A stretch of DNA of 63,496 nucleotides, filler included, from Aduncisulcus paluster (GCA_024181965.1; 39 parts of 39 records of this genome joined end to end with filler, not necessarily neighbours in it); one strand, 5' to 3'. Positions 46,316 to 58,653 are shown, counted from the whole stretch's first letter. Notes: generated by a model not told the origin, from the sequence alone. Numbers and translations: made by a program.

Positions 46316-46779
46316 TGCCGACCGCCGGCCCGAACACGGGTGAAACGGAACCTCCCCCGGTCCCCCGACCGGACTTCCAATCACCCGAGGGTCGGCGGCA
46401 GCTGCACCGCGCTATCGCGGCATCGGCGATGGGCAACGCCACCGAGTGGTACGACTACGGCGTCTATGCCGCCACCACCACCTTCCTGACCCAGGCCTTC
46501 TTCCCCACCCTGGGCACCGCATTCACCATGCTGGGGTATGCCATCTCCTTCCTGCTGCGTCCCCTCGGCGGCATGGTCTGGGGACCGCTGGGCGACAAGT
46601 TGGGCCGCAAAAGCGTCATGGCCATCACCATCGTGCTGATGGCCTTGTCCACCACACTCATTGGTGTGTTGCCCAGCTGGGCAACCATCGGGATGGCGGC
46701 GCCCGCGCTCTTGATCCTGTTGCGCGTCGTCCAGGGCTTCTCCACCGGCGGCGAATACGGCGGCGCGGCAACATTCATG
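46315..46779 (+). CDS. ProP-like MFS osmolyte transporter N-terminus
   Basis: GNATEWYDYGVY, RPLGG, GDKLGRK, QGFSTGGEYGGA. Confidence 0.9.
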
Positions 46780-46879
46780 NNNNNNNNNNNNNNNNNNNNN
46801 NNNNNNNNNNNNNNNNNNNNNNNTTAATTAATTAANNNNNNNNNNNNNNNNNNNNNNNNNNNNNNNNNNNNNNNNNNNN

Positions 46880-47263
46880 CGCTACGACTTTGGTCCGTCC
46901 GGTAAGCCGAGTCAGCTTGAATGCGGCCTCATTGGCTTCGGTGCCGGAATTGCAGAGAAAGACCTTGCCGGGAACGCCCAGCCGCGCGATGAGCGCCTCG
47001 GAGAGTTCGATGCCGGGCCCGGTCGCGTACAGATTCGACGTGTGCCCCAGCGTGGAGAGCTGCTGTGTGACGGCATCGATGACAGCTTGATTGCGGTGAC
47101 CCAACACATTGACAGCGATACCGCCCAATAAATCCAGGTACCGCTTGCCGTCGGCATCGGTGACAACGGCACCGTCGCCTTCGGTAAGGACAACAGGCGG
47201 TGTGCCGTAGTTGTTCATCATGACGTGATCCCAGCGCTGCTGAGTCTGGCTGGTGTTGCTCAT
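46880..47263 (-). CDS. argD: Acetylornithine aminotransferase N-terminus
   Basis: YLDLLGGIAVNVLGH, CNSGTEANEAA. Confidence 0.95.
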
Positions 47264-47270
47264 GCTCGCT

Positions 47271-48273
47271 TTATCCATGGCTGCTCCTGACGATCGTTCC
47301 GACACCCTCGTCCGTGAATAGCTCGACCAAGACACAGTGTTCGACGCGCCCGTCGATGATGTGGGCACTGGGCACTCCGCCGTCCACCGCGCGTAGACAC
47401 GCCTCGACCTTGGGAATCATGCCCGATTCCAGGCTGGGAAGGAGCGCACGCAGATCTTCGGCCGCGATCTCCGTGACCAACGATTCCCGATCGGGCCAGT
47501 CGGTGTACAGACCCTCGATATCGGTGAGCATCAGAAGCCGTTCGGCCCCAAGGGCTTCGGCGAGCGCACCGGCGGCGGTGTCGGCATTGAGGTTGTGCAC
47601 CACGCCGTCCGCNNNNNNNNNNNNNNNNNNNNNNNNNNNNNNNNNNNNNNNNNNNNNNNNNNNNNNNNNNNNNNNNNNNNNNNNNNNNNNNNNNNNNNNN
47701 NNNNNNNNNNNNNNNNNNNNNNNNNNNNNNNNNNNNNNNNNNNNNCCGTCCGCATCGGGAGCGAGGGTGGATACCACCGGGATGCGCCCGGCATCGATCA
47801 GGTCGAGGATCGCCTCCGGATTCACCTGTGCCACATCACCCACCAGGCCGATATCGGTCTCGATGCCGTCGACCGTCGCGGTCCGCCGGACGGCGGTGAA
47901 GAGTTGCGCGTCCTCTCCGGTGATTCCCACGGCGTACGGTCCGTGTCCGTTGATCAACCCGACCAGTTCGCGGCCCACTTGGCCGAACAGCACCATGCGT
48001 GCGATGTCGAGCACTTCCGGGGTGGTGACCCGAAAACCGCCCTTGAATTCGCCGGACACGCCAAGCTTTTTCAACATCGAGGTGATCTGCGGGCCGCCAC
48101 CGTGCACGACGACAGGATGGATACCGCAGTTACGAAGGAACACCATGTCTTCGGCAAAAGCGTTCTTGAGGGCATCGTCGGTCATGGCGTTGCCGCCGTA
48201 TTTGATCACGACGATGGTGCCGTGCAGCTTCTTGAGCCACGGCAGAGCCTCTGCCAGTACGCGCGCTTTCTTC
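47271..48273 (-). CDS. argB: Acetylglutamate kinase
   Basis: [27 protein letters not shown]. Confidence 0.97.
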
Positions 48274-48373
48274 NNNNNNNNNNNNNNNNNNNNNNNNNNN
48301 NNNNNNNNNNNNNNNNNTTAATTAATTAANNNNNNNNNNNNNNNNNNNNNNNNNNNNNNNNNNNNNNNNNNNN

Positions 48374-49555
48374 GCATGGACCAATTGTATCTACTGAAAT
48401 ACTGTGCCATGTTCTAGGGGCACGTAGAGTCCCGTGGCCGCGGGGTCTGGTGTCCTTTAACTTCTGGCAGCGTAAACATTCAGCTGTGACACTCTTGGCT
48501 TTGTCCTTTAGATCTTTTATCGTTATTTGTTTTCTTTTTACAAAATTTATCAATCCGTTGGGTCCAATATGTCCCAGTTTATCGTGTAATTCTCGTAATT
48601 TCGTTTTATCTTTGTCAATCTCTCGTACATCCGTAACATTAAGCTCCACGGTTTCCTGTGCTCCAATTCTTGACAGAAAGTCGGCGAATCCGTTGCTTTC
48701 CCCGGAATGTGTCTGATTTCCATATCATACGGGGCAAGTTGTAGTTTCCACCGTAGCAATTTGGGAACTTCCGATTTGTATAGATAGATCAAGTTCTTAT
48801 GGTCTGTCTCTACCACAAACTTTTTCCCCATTAATAAATACTTATTTTTAGTAATCCCATACACTACCGCGAAACACTCCTGTTCAATTACTGTCCAATT
48901 CGCCTCTACTTTTGAAAATTTCTTACTGAAAAGAGCTATAAGCTCCTCTTTATCCGAATCGGGTTTCCTCTGCCAGATTCCACCTCCAATTCCCCTTGTA
49001 GATCCGTCAGTTCTCAAAATAAACGTAGCTGATTTACATGGGTGTTGCAAAGTGATCTTTCTTCGTACTAAATCCTTTAATTCCTTCAAAGCTTGGCTCT
49101 GGGCCTCTGTCCAGTCGACCTTTCCTTCTTTTGTCGCCAATAAATCAGAAATGGGGCTTGCTATTCTGGAATAATCGGGAATAAACCCACGGATATAGTT
49201 CAAACATCCTATTAATTTTTGAACTCCCTTTTTTGTTGAACCGGGATGTAAGGCTTCGATCGCTTCAATTCTATCGTTTTTTACCTTCCTTCCCTCTCCT
49301 GAGATTTCAAAACCTAGGTATTTCACCGTGGTTGTTGCACAATCGGTTTTTTCGTAATTAACGATTAAGTTCGCCTTCCCCAATCTGTCCATTACTTCCT
49401 TTATGTTTTTAATGAATTCTTCTTTGGTCTTACCCATCCCCAAGATGTCGTCTAAATAAACGAAACATCCTTGTCCTAATATATCGCTTAATACCTTTGT
49501 CATGACCTCTTGGAAGTGCGACGGAGCTGTTTTCAGACCAAAGGGCATCCTACTC
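48374..49555 (-). mobile_element. Ty3/gypsy pol: RT-RNase H-integrase Zn finger, frameshifted near 48698
   Basis: MPFGLKTAP, YLDD, TDGS, ETDHKNL, H..GH...C..CQ. Confidence 0.95.
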
Positions 49556-49655
49556 NNNNNNNNNNNNNNNNNNNNNNNNNNNNNNNNNNNNNNNNNNNNT
49601 TAATTAATTAANNNNNNNNNNNNNNNNNNNNNNNNNNNNNNNNNNNNNNNNNNNN

Positions 49656-50692
49656 GGCGGAACAACCTTTGTAGAGAAGCCTTTTTACTGCATCGCGATT
49701 GATACTATGGGACCCTTCACTCCCTCAACACATGGGTACAAGTATCTGATTGTCGCAATCGATGTCTTCACCAGATTTGTAGAGCTCATCCCAACGAAAA
49801 CTCTTACATCTGCCGAAGCAGCTGAAGCAGTTGTGAACGAGGTTTTTCTTCGCTACGGTTTCCCTGATGTGATACGCTCAGATAACGGAACTCAGTTTGC
49901 AAACAAAATTTTCGAACACATGACCAAGGACTTGGAAATGAAGCACCACCGAACTATTGCCTACAGCCCCAAGTCCAACGGAATTGTAGAAAGAGCAAAC
50001 AGAGAGATTTTGCGCATTCTGAGATACGCTGTGATTGACGGGGATAAAAATTGGGTGAAAATGCTACCGGTTGCCCGTTTTGTGCTGAACACTTCTTATC
50101 ACTCCTCAACGGGAACAACTCCATTCATGCTTGTTATGGGCCGCAAGGGTGATCCGAGAAGAGATTTATTCTTGACAAAGAAGAGAGAGGCACACTTCAA
50201 GGATTTTGACGAATGCCAAAGGCAAACGGAAGACTTCCTTGGGAAGCTGAGAGAAGAAGCTTTGAAGGTTCAAATCGAATCAAGGAAGAGAAGGCTCTCA
50301 GCAGAGAAAGACATCGAAAGACCTGAAGAAGGTACCTTTGTCTGGTTACTCCCAGTGGGGAAAAAGAAGGGGAAGCTCTCCAAAAGAAGAAGAGGTCCAT
50401 TTCAAGTAGAGAAAGTCATGCCAAACTTTCTGGTCAAATTGAAAAGCCTCCTCGGTGCCACCACACTTACTGTGCATCAAAGAAGAGTGGCAAAGGTGGA
50501 AGGAGAGCATACTCTTGAAGAAATGAAGAGGATTGCTGCCAGTGGAGAAAACGAATTTCTGGTAGATTGCCTCTTAGATCACAGAGGCAAGTCCAAGAAG
50601 GACTTGGAATTCCTGGTTTCCTGGAGTGGTTACGAACCTGAGGAGAGTACATGGGAACCCCTCAGAGAGCTGAAGGATACTATTGCCTTAGA
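49656..50692 (+). mobile_element. Ty3/gypsy integrase core with a C-terminal chromodomain (chromovirus-type)
   Basis: D...SDNG...NGIVERAN DDE core, GPF motif, LLDHR..EFLVSWSGY...TWEP. Confidence 0.93.
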
Positions 50693-50792
50693 NNNNNNNN
50701 NNNNNNNNNNNNNNNNNNNNNNNNNNNNNNNNNNNNTTAATTAATTAANNNNNNNNNNNNNNNNNNNNNNNNNNNNNNNNNNNNNNNNNNNN

Positions 50793-51764
50793 CTGATTTT
50801 TCATCTCCATCTACATAAGTTTCAAAATATTGTAACTTTTTCATCACACTATATCCTAAGAGTCCAAAAATAATTTGTAATGAAACTACAAAACTTGTTA
50901 ATGTAAACAACGAAGTAGCTGATAGTGGCTGTTGAAAATGGTGGTCAAATCCAAAACTTATTCTTACAAAAGTAATACCCAATAAAGTTAAAATAGGGAT
51001 AATAATCCATAAAGTTGGTGCAGTTTCAGCACTTATTCCATATTTGAACATCCCTTTAAAACCTAAAATAAGTTTAATCAAAAGTAGTAAAAGTGCAATT
51101 GAAGCAAAAAATATCGATGCAAAAATACCAATAGCATTTATTTGTATATAATGACTCATAGCACCAGGTGCTGCAAAACCTACAGCAATCATAGAAAATG
51201 CAAAAATAGAGATCATTTGAGAAAGGTTATTGTTCTTTTCGAAATCAAACTTTCCAGTTGTTAATAAACGAGAGAAATAAACCATAAAAATTTTGATAGC
51301 ATAAAATCCAACTACAGCAAAACCTAATAGTGCAAAAGGAAATAGATATTCTACAATGGTCCAAAGTCCTGGGACAAATAAAGCACCTAATATAAAACAA
51401 ACATTTATAGTCATAGCAAAAGTTAATGGCATTGTCATAAGACTTACTTCTGCATTACTGTTTACTAAAGTAGTATAAGCACTAGTTTCTTTAAAAGCTT
51501 TGTATTGTTTAATATTCCAAAACAATAATTTAAAATGAAAAAACGAAAATGCTATTATAAAAACAATNNNNNNNNNNNNNNNNNNNNNNNNNNNNNNNNN
51601 NNNNNNGTCCCCTCTAATAAGACTGGATAAACATGATCAAATGTTGCCATAGGTGAATTTTTGTGTGGTACTAAAAACATTAGATACATAAAAAATGATG
51701 CAGCTAATCCTCCTGAACCTAGTGATGATAAGAAATATATCGGTGTATATTTTTCTTTTAACAT
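50793..51764 (-). CDS. TsoY-family (seleno)protein-like membrane protein, 3' truncated
   Basis: YFLSSLGSGGL..FFMYLMFLVPH, NAEVSLMTMPL, VEYLFP, PTLWIIIPILTLLGI; family assignment from memory. Confidence 0.7.
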
Positions 51765-51873
51765 AAGTATTCCTTTTTTAAATGATAAGTAATTGTATCA
51801 TAGTAATATTAATTATAAGTAAATATTAATTATTATACTTGCTAAATTAAACCAAATTCATATATAATAAATT

Positions 51874-52008
51874 ATGAGATTAGATAAATATATAACAGAA
51901 AAATTTTCACTGCAAAGTAGAAATAAAGCCGCAGAATTAATAAAAACAAACAAAGTATTAGTTGATGGAATAATCATCAAAAAGCCATCATTTTTAGTAG
52001 ATGTAAAT
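51874..52008 (+). CDS. tlyA: TlyA-like rRNA methyltransferase, S4 domain N-terminus
   Basis: MRLD....SRNKA.ELI....VLVDG....KPS. Confidence 0.7.
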
Positions 52009-52108
52009 NNNNNNNNNNNNNNNNNNNNNNNNNNNNNNNNNNNNNNNNNNNNTTAATTAATTAANNNNNNNNNNNNNNNNNNNNNNNNNNNNNNNNNNNN
52101 NNNNNNNN

Positions 52109-52783
52109 GCAAGAAGAGCCATTAGTGGTGATAGATCAGCTCTCCGCCGTCCCCACAGTGCCTCGGGGGGAGATTCACCCTTTGTTTCCAGCCAGAGTGC
52201 CTGGAATAATATGCTCAGTGATGAGATTGTGAGGGTTTTAGAAGGTGGTCGATCCTTCGATGACCTCTTCCAAATGGTATCAAAGAAGGCCTCCCAGGAC
52301 GGTTTACCTGTCAGGGAGTATATCAGCGAGATTCTGCCAAAGGAATTAAGGAGTCTTGGTGTGGAATTGGGTGAGAATGAATTCATTATTCGTTCTCTTA
52401 GGCGGGCTACAATCCACAGATCAAACTCTGTGTCAAGACTGAGGATTAGGAAGGCTGTATCTAGTGTATCATCGGTGGATGATATGCAACAACGGGCTAA
52501 GTTTTTACTTCAAAGGGCATCAGGTGATGTTCAAGTGCCTGCTTCAAGCGAGGGGAGTGAATTATTCACAAAATTAAAGCAGATTGAAGAACAATACAAA
52601 CCTACGAAAGATGGAAGGAGAAAATCGTTCCAAATGAAAGCCGCAGAAGCTTCTGAAATGCTGAAAAGTGTCTCTACGGAGTCTATTATGACACCAAAGA
52701 AATCTTCTGGAGCAACAAAATCTGTCCGGAACTTGGCGGAATTGCGATCAAGATTTAACAAGGTCAAGCATGGAGGAAAATAG
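52109..52783 (+). CDS. Eukaryotic hypothetical protein C-terminus
   Basis: Open frame with Ser-rich low complexity; AT-rich 3' region. Confidence 0.55.
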   Translation, partial: ARRAISGDRSALRRPHSASGGDSPFVSSQSAWNNMLSDEIVRVLEGGRSFDDLFQMVSKKASQDGLPVREYISEILPKELRSLGVELGENEFIIRSLRRATIHRSNSVSRLRIRKAVSSVSSVDDMQQRAKFLLQRASGDVQVPASSEGSELFTKLKQIEEQYKPTKDGRRKSFQMKAAEASEMLKSVSTESIMTPKKSSGATKSVRNLAELRSRFNKVKHGGK

Positions 52784-53160
52784 ATATAAATAAATAAAGA
52801 ACAATGTCATTTGCATACATCACCATTGTGGAGTACAGTGTACTCATACAGTGGAATCTCACTCGTTGATACTATACAATACTATACTAAGGAAAGCAAG
52901 GAATACCATGTATTATACATGAGAATATGGGCACACACAAGCAGATGATATTTTCCATGGTAACTCAAACAGAGGAGGTGGAGTATCGATAATTGTTCAA
53001 TTGAATTGATGCATCTTTAATTTTGGCATGCTCTTTAGCCATTTCAATTTTTTCTTTCTCTTTGTCAAGCACGAATTGAATGATATAGAAATTGATATTC
53101 TCTTGTTTTCCATCGTACTCGGAGGCTATATCATCATTTACAATTCCTGAAAAAGATATT

Positions 53161-53736
53161 CTACAACCACGGCAACATCGATAATCGTTCAATTGTTGTA
53201 AGTTCACGCTCTTTGGCGGCTTTCATTTTCTCTTGTTCTTTGTCAATCACGAATCGAATGGCTTGCAAAAAAATGTTTCTTTGTTTTCCATCCCACGACG
53301 ATATAACATGAATATCACAAGAAATAACATTATCAAGATCTATTGGGAATTCTTGCCAGAAATAATGATTTGGAGGCATCTCCCCCATTTGATATTCTTT
53401 TGTTATCATCTTTCCATCAGAAGTTGTGAATGTAGCATCGAAATCTTTGATTCCATCAGGATAACTATGATGACTAACAAGAAACTTACTGAGATAATGT
53501 CGTGTAACAAATGGGAGATGTAAATTGGGATTGAAACGGATGTGTTTTTTACCTCTTAAGAATTGCAATAAATCAGAATGATTATGATCATGATGATAAT
53601 CCCCATATGCTTTGGATCCATCAATTTCAGATAGATCTGGATGACCAACAGGGTAGGTGCTTATAAACACTTTGTCCGGATCCGCATAAGTTCCAATATC
53701 TTCAATACATTTGCCAATAATTCTCATCACAAACAA
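53161..53736 (-). CDS. Eukaryotic hypothetical protein of a tandem paralogue family
   Basis: 191-aa ORF; its C-terminus recurs at 54122-54170 and, degenerately, at about 52965-53160. Confidence 0.65.
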   Translation of the reverse strand: MFVMRIIGKCIEDIGTYADPDKVFISTYPVGHPDLSEIDGSKAYGDYHHDHNHSDLLQFLRGKKHIRFNPNLHLPFVTRHYLSKFLVSHHSYPDGIKDFDATFTTSDGKMITKEYQMGEMPPNHYFWQEFPIDLDNVISCDIHVISSWDGKQRNIFLQAIRFVIDKEQEKMKAAKERELTTIERLSMLPWL

Positions 53737-54121
53737 TAAAACAACTATGGATTATCAAATATCAAATTAGATAATAGAATAATAAATACCAATAAACTTC
53801 CAATTGCAAGGAAAAGCACATTTTTACAATTGTCTTGGGAGAGAACAATAATATCCAAAATCGATGTTTCTTATCATTATTAATATATAGACGTAATAAT
53901 AAATCATTTATTTTGTAAACACATTTGTTCTCCAAATAAGGCGTACTAAGACATTATTGACATTATTGACAATACAGCGATATAAACAAGAAAGTGACAA
54001 TATACACATGGCATACATCATATCTCAAGACATGACAGGAAGTAATGGTTCATACAATATGATTGTTATCAAGAAAGAAGTTGTATTCAATCCTTGTGGA
54101 AACGATGATATGAAGGATCAG

Positions 54122-54170
54122 CTATAACCAGGGAAGCATCGATAATCGTTCAATTGTTGCAAGTTCAGCT
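54122..54170 (-). CDS. C-terminus of the upstream paralogue (AELATIERLSMLPWL*)
   Basis: Near-identical to the end of 53161-53736. Confidence 0.7.
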
Positions 54171-54270
54171 NNNNNNNNNNNNNNNNNNNNNNNNNNNNNN
54201 NNNNNNNNNNNNNNTTAATTAATTAANNNNNNNNNNNNNNNNNNNNNNNNNNNNNNNNNNNNNNNNNNNN

Positions 54271-54458
54271 GGTTACATCAACTTCTATGTCTGCAACGGT
54301 GGCGTCATCGCGCCCGAATTCGGAGACCCCGGCGCCGACGAGCGGCCAAGTCCACCCTGGAACGAGTCTTCCCGAACCGCAGGGTGGTTCAGCTCGATAT
54401 CGACGGTATCGCCGCGGGCGGCGGCATCCACTGCGCCACACAGCAGGAACCCCGATAG
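54271..54458 (+). CDS. Agmatine deiminase C-terminus with an apparent 1-nt frameshift
   Basis: GYINFYVCNGGVIAPEFGD in one frame, GGGGIHC-type AAGGGIHCATQQEP in another. Confidence 0.85.
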
Positions 54459-54465
54459 CACCGAC

Positions 54466-55625
54466 TCAGCGCGCGACAGAGCGAGGCGCGCCCGGGCCGG
54501 CATCGATCCGCACCGGGCCGCTGGCCGAGGGTGTCACCGGGAAGTCGAATATCGCCGTCGGAATGTAAACAGTGGCACAGGAATTCGGGATATCGACGAC
54601 CCCGGACAGCCTGCCCTCGATGGGCGCAGCACCCAACAGCAGATACGCCTGCTCCGGGCTGTAGCCAAACTTGGTGAGGTAATCGATGGCGTGCAAACAG
54701 GCCCGCTGGTACGCCAAATGCGAATCCAGGTAACGCTGTTCGTCATCGAGGGTGACGGACGTCCCCGAGAACGCCAACCACTGTGAGTATTGCGGGTCGG
54801 TGTTACCCGGCATGAAGATCGCGTTCTCGGCAACCCCATAGGTATCCATGCCGCCCTTGAGCACATCGACATGCAGATCGATGAAGCCACCCATCTCGAT
54901 GGCCCCGCAGANNNNNNNNNNNNNNNNNNNNNNNNNNNNNNNNNNNNNNNNNNNNNNNNNNNNNNNNNNNNNNNNNNNNNNNNNNNNNNNNNNNNNNNNN
55001 NNNNNNNNNNNNNNNNNNNNNNNNNNNNNNGACCGACAGCTTTCCACCCGGCACGAACACGGGGTAAAACACCCTGCTGCCCTTGGTCAGGTTCTTGATG
55101 TCTTGATTGCCGCCGTTCTCGCGTGGCGGCGCGGTCCGGGCCGCCTCGGCCGCTGCGGTCTCGAAGGATTCGCCACTGAGGGCACCCAGTACCGCGTCCC
55201 TGGGCTCCGGCGGAAGTGCCAGTGCGGGAACGCGGTTGGGGTCAGTAGCGATCAGCGCGCCCTCACGCGCATTCCACCGTGCCAGCAATTCCGCGGACGG
55301 CGCCGTGCCCATCAACCCGGGGTGCACGATCCCGGTGAAACTGACCCCGGGGATATGCCGGGACGTCGCGGTCTGCCCCGAGAAGTCCCAGATTGCCTTG
55401 TACGCGTCCGGGAACTGCTCGGTGAGGAACCCGCCGCCGTTCACGGTCGGGAAGATGCCCGTGTAGCCCCATCCCTGACCTGCCAGCGGACCGGAATCTT
55501 CCTGCGGAATGGGGCCCACGTCGAGAATGTCCACGATCAGCAGGTCTCCGGGCTGCGCCCCTTCCACCGAGAAGGGTCCCGACAACGCGTGCACCGTGGT
55601 CAGCGGAGCATCGCGGATATCGTCG
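54466..55625 (-). CDS. Formamidase/acetamidase
   Basis: HPGLMGTAPS, RENGGNQDIKNL, CGAIEM, SGVVDIPNSC. Confidence 0.93.
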
Positions 55626-55726
55626 NNNNNNNNNNNNNNNNNNNNNNNNNNNNNNNNNNNNNNNNNNNNTTAATTAATTAANNNNNNNNNNNNNNNNNNN
55701 NNNNNNNNNNNNNNNNNNNNNNNNNC

Positions 55727-57447
55727 TATCGTCGGCGCATCGCCGGTGGCCACACCCAGCCGTTGGCTCAGGCCCCTGACGGTGGGTGTCTCAAACACAA
55801 CGGGCACCGGAAGGTCGGCATCCAGCGCCGTATTGATCGCGGCGATCAAACGCATCGCCGAAATGCTGTCTCCCCCAAGGTCGAAGAAGGAGTCGTCGAC
55901 ACCTACCCGGTCAACGCCGAGAATCTGGGCGTAGATACCCACCAGGATTTCCTCGGTAGGTCCTTCGGGCGCACGGTACTGGCCAACGACGTATTCGGGC
56001 GCCGGCAGCGCACCTGTGTCGAGCTTGCCATTGGCGGTCAGCGGCAATGCGCCGAGCACCACCACCGCCGTCGGAACCATGTATGCGGGCAACCGTGTCC
56101 CCAGCAGCGAGCGGATCTCCGCCGGATCGGCAGTGCCGGTGACATATCCCACCAACCGTGTACTCAGTGGGTTATCGTCGCGAGCGACCACGACCGCTTG
56201 CTCGACTCCCTCCAATTCGGCCAGCGCGGACTGGATTTCGCCGAGCTCTATGCGATATCCACGAATCTTGACCTGCTCATCGGCGCGCCCCACATAGTGC
56301 AGCTGCCCGTCGGCTCGCCAGCGCACCAGGNNNNNNNNNNNNNNNNNNNNNNNNNNNNNNNNNNNNNNNNNNNNNNNNNNNNNNNNNNNNNNNNNNNNNN
56401 NNNNNNNNNNNNNNNNNNNNNNNNNNNNNNNNNNNNNNNNNNNNNNNNNTCCGGTGCGATACATCCGCGACGCGGGTTCTCCGAACGGGCATGCCACATA
56501 CCGCGAGGCGGTCAATCCGGCACGACGCAGATACCCGGGCCCGACACCGTCGCCGGCCACATACAACTCACCGACAACACCGGGCGGCACCGGCCGTAAC
56601 CACCCGTCCAAGACAAACAGCGCCGCACCCGGTACCGGCGATCCGATGGGCACCACACCGGATCCCGCCGTCAAGCCCGCACTCACCGAGGCGCAGATTG
56701 TGGTCTCGGTCGGACCGTAGGCGTTGATCATCACCCGCCCCGTCGCCCAGCGGTCCACCAGATCGGCTGGGCACGACTCCGCCCCGAGAACCAATGCCAC
56801 CGACTCCAAGCCCTCAGGTGAGAGGGCACCGGCTGCCGATGGGGTCTGGCACAGGACGTCGACCTTCTCGGCGATAACCAAGGCGCGGAGATCTTCTGGT
56901 GAATGCACGACAGCATCCGGCACCACCACCAGCCGTCCACCGTCCAGCAGCGCGCCCCANNNNNNNNNNNNNNNNNNNNNNNNNNNNNNNNNNNNNNNNN
57001 NNNNNNNNNNNNNNNNNNNNNNNNNNNNNNNNNNNNNNNNNNNNNNNNNNNNNNNNNNNNNNNNNNNNNNNNNNNNNNNNNNNNNNNTCCCACACCGAGA
57101 AGTCGAACGAATACGAGTGGCTCTGCGACCACACACCCGCCTTCGGCAGTCCAGCCTCAAGGGAACCCAACAGCTGCGTGAGATTGTGATGAGTGATGGC
57201 AACACCTTTGGGTATACCGGTGGTGCCTGAGGTGTAGATCACGTAAGCGACACCCGCCGCATCGGGCCACGGCAGCGGTGCCGGGGACTGCACATACACC
57301 GCGAGATCGTCGACATCGATAACGGCGAGATCGTGGCCCAGCAGCCGAGCCCGCAGATCCGACGAAGTCAGCACCGCCACCGGCGCGGCGTCGGCGAGCA
57401 TGAACTCCATCCGATCCGTCGGCAACGCCAGGTCGATCGGCAGATAG
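55727..57447 (-). CDS. NRPS adenylation + PCP module fragment (mycobacterial, GPL Mps-like)
   Basis: [53 protein letters not shown]. Confidence 0.96.
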
Positions 57448-58087
57448 NNNNNNNNNNNNNNNNNNNNNNNNNNNNNNNNNNNNNNNNNNNNTTAATTAAT
57501 TAANNNNNNNNNNNNNNNNNNNNNNNNNNNNNNNNNNNNNNNNNNNNCCAACTTGATTATTGCAGGCTGCAATTTACACAAACAACTCCTATAAAGCTTC
57601 ACATGATTATTATTTTCCACAAAAAGCCAGTAATTTATTTTATAATATGGTCTTAATATGGTAATGACGGAGATATATCCCATTTCTGTATTTTGAGATC
57701 TCTGGGATTTGGTACAAAAAACTTAACGCGATACAGTTACATGGTACTGAGATAAACATTTATTTTGGGTTGACATATTGATATGTGATAAAATAAGTAG
57801 ATTCCATGCACATTAGAATCTAATGATTAGATTTCGTGGAAATATACCATCCCTGATGCAATCTCCGATCTACATGAGCTCCTGCCGCAAAATGTGGAAA
57901 CCTACTATTCAGGTAAACATATAATTACTGTTTGTCGAAGAGATAATATACCAAAACTCGAGACGATAGCACATATGTTGCCGAAAAATAAAAAAAAATA
58001 AAATAATCAATTTCATATTGTTGTTATTAGTTATGGTTATAATTTGTTGTGGTTGTTGTGATCGAAACGTGGTGGAAATGATAGATC

Positions 58088-58553
58088 CTAGAGACATTCC
58101 AGAATAGAGCATACAAAGCCAACAATACAGAAGAAAAGACCCGCAAGCATCGTGATTATGCTTGTAACTGTTACCCACCTCAAATTTCTTGTGCGTTTGT
58201 TGTGGAAATACATGAAAAGACCAGGAATAATAAACATGATTGGAGCACCGAAAAGAGCACCAACAAACGACAAAACAGTATCCAGATCCTCAACACACAT
58301 TGCGACCAATATTGCGATGGCCAGGATGATACCAGAAATAAATCGCTCGGCGGAGGGTGACCCTCGGGATTTCCACACGAGTTTGCATAAACTTACACGC
58401 AATGAAAACTGTGCAATGGGATATGTCAAACATGCCGTGAGAGCCAACGCACACTGTGATATTGTTGTCATGGCATTGTTTGGATAAGACAATAAAACAT
58501 TTCCCTGAGTGTCATCACGCCAAGTGGCATAACCAAGACCAGCGATGACAAAG
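58088..58553 (-). CDS. Eukaryotic amino-acid permease (AAAP/SLC38-like) C-terminus
   Basis: GYATW..DTQGNVLLSY, TYP, VLSFVGA.......FIIPG. Confidence 0.8.
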
Positions 58554-58653
58554 NNNNNNNNNNNNNNNNNNNNNNNNNNNNNNNNNNNNNNNNNNNNTTA
58601 ATTAATTAANNNNNNNNNNNNNNNNNNNNNNNNNNNNNNNNNNNNNNNNNNNN

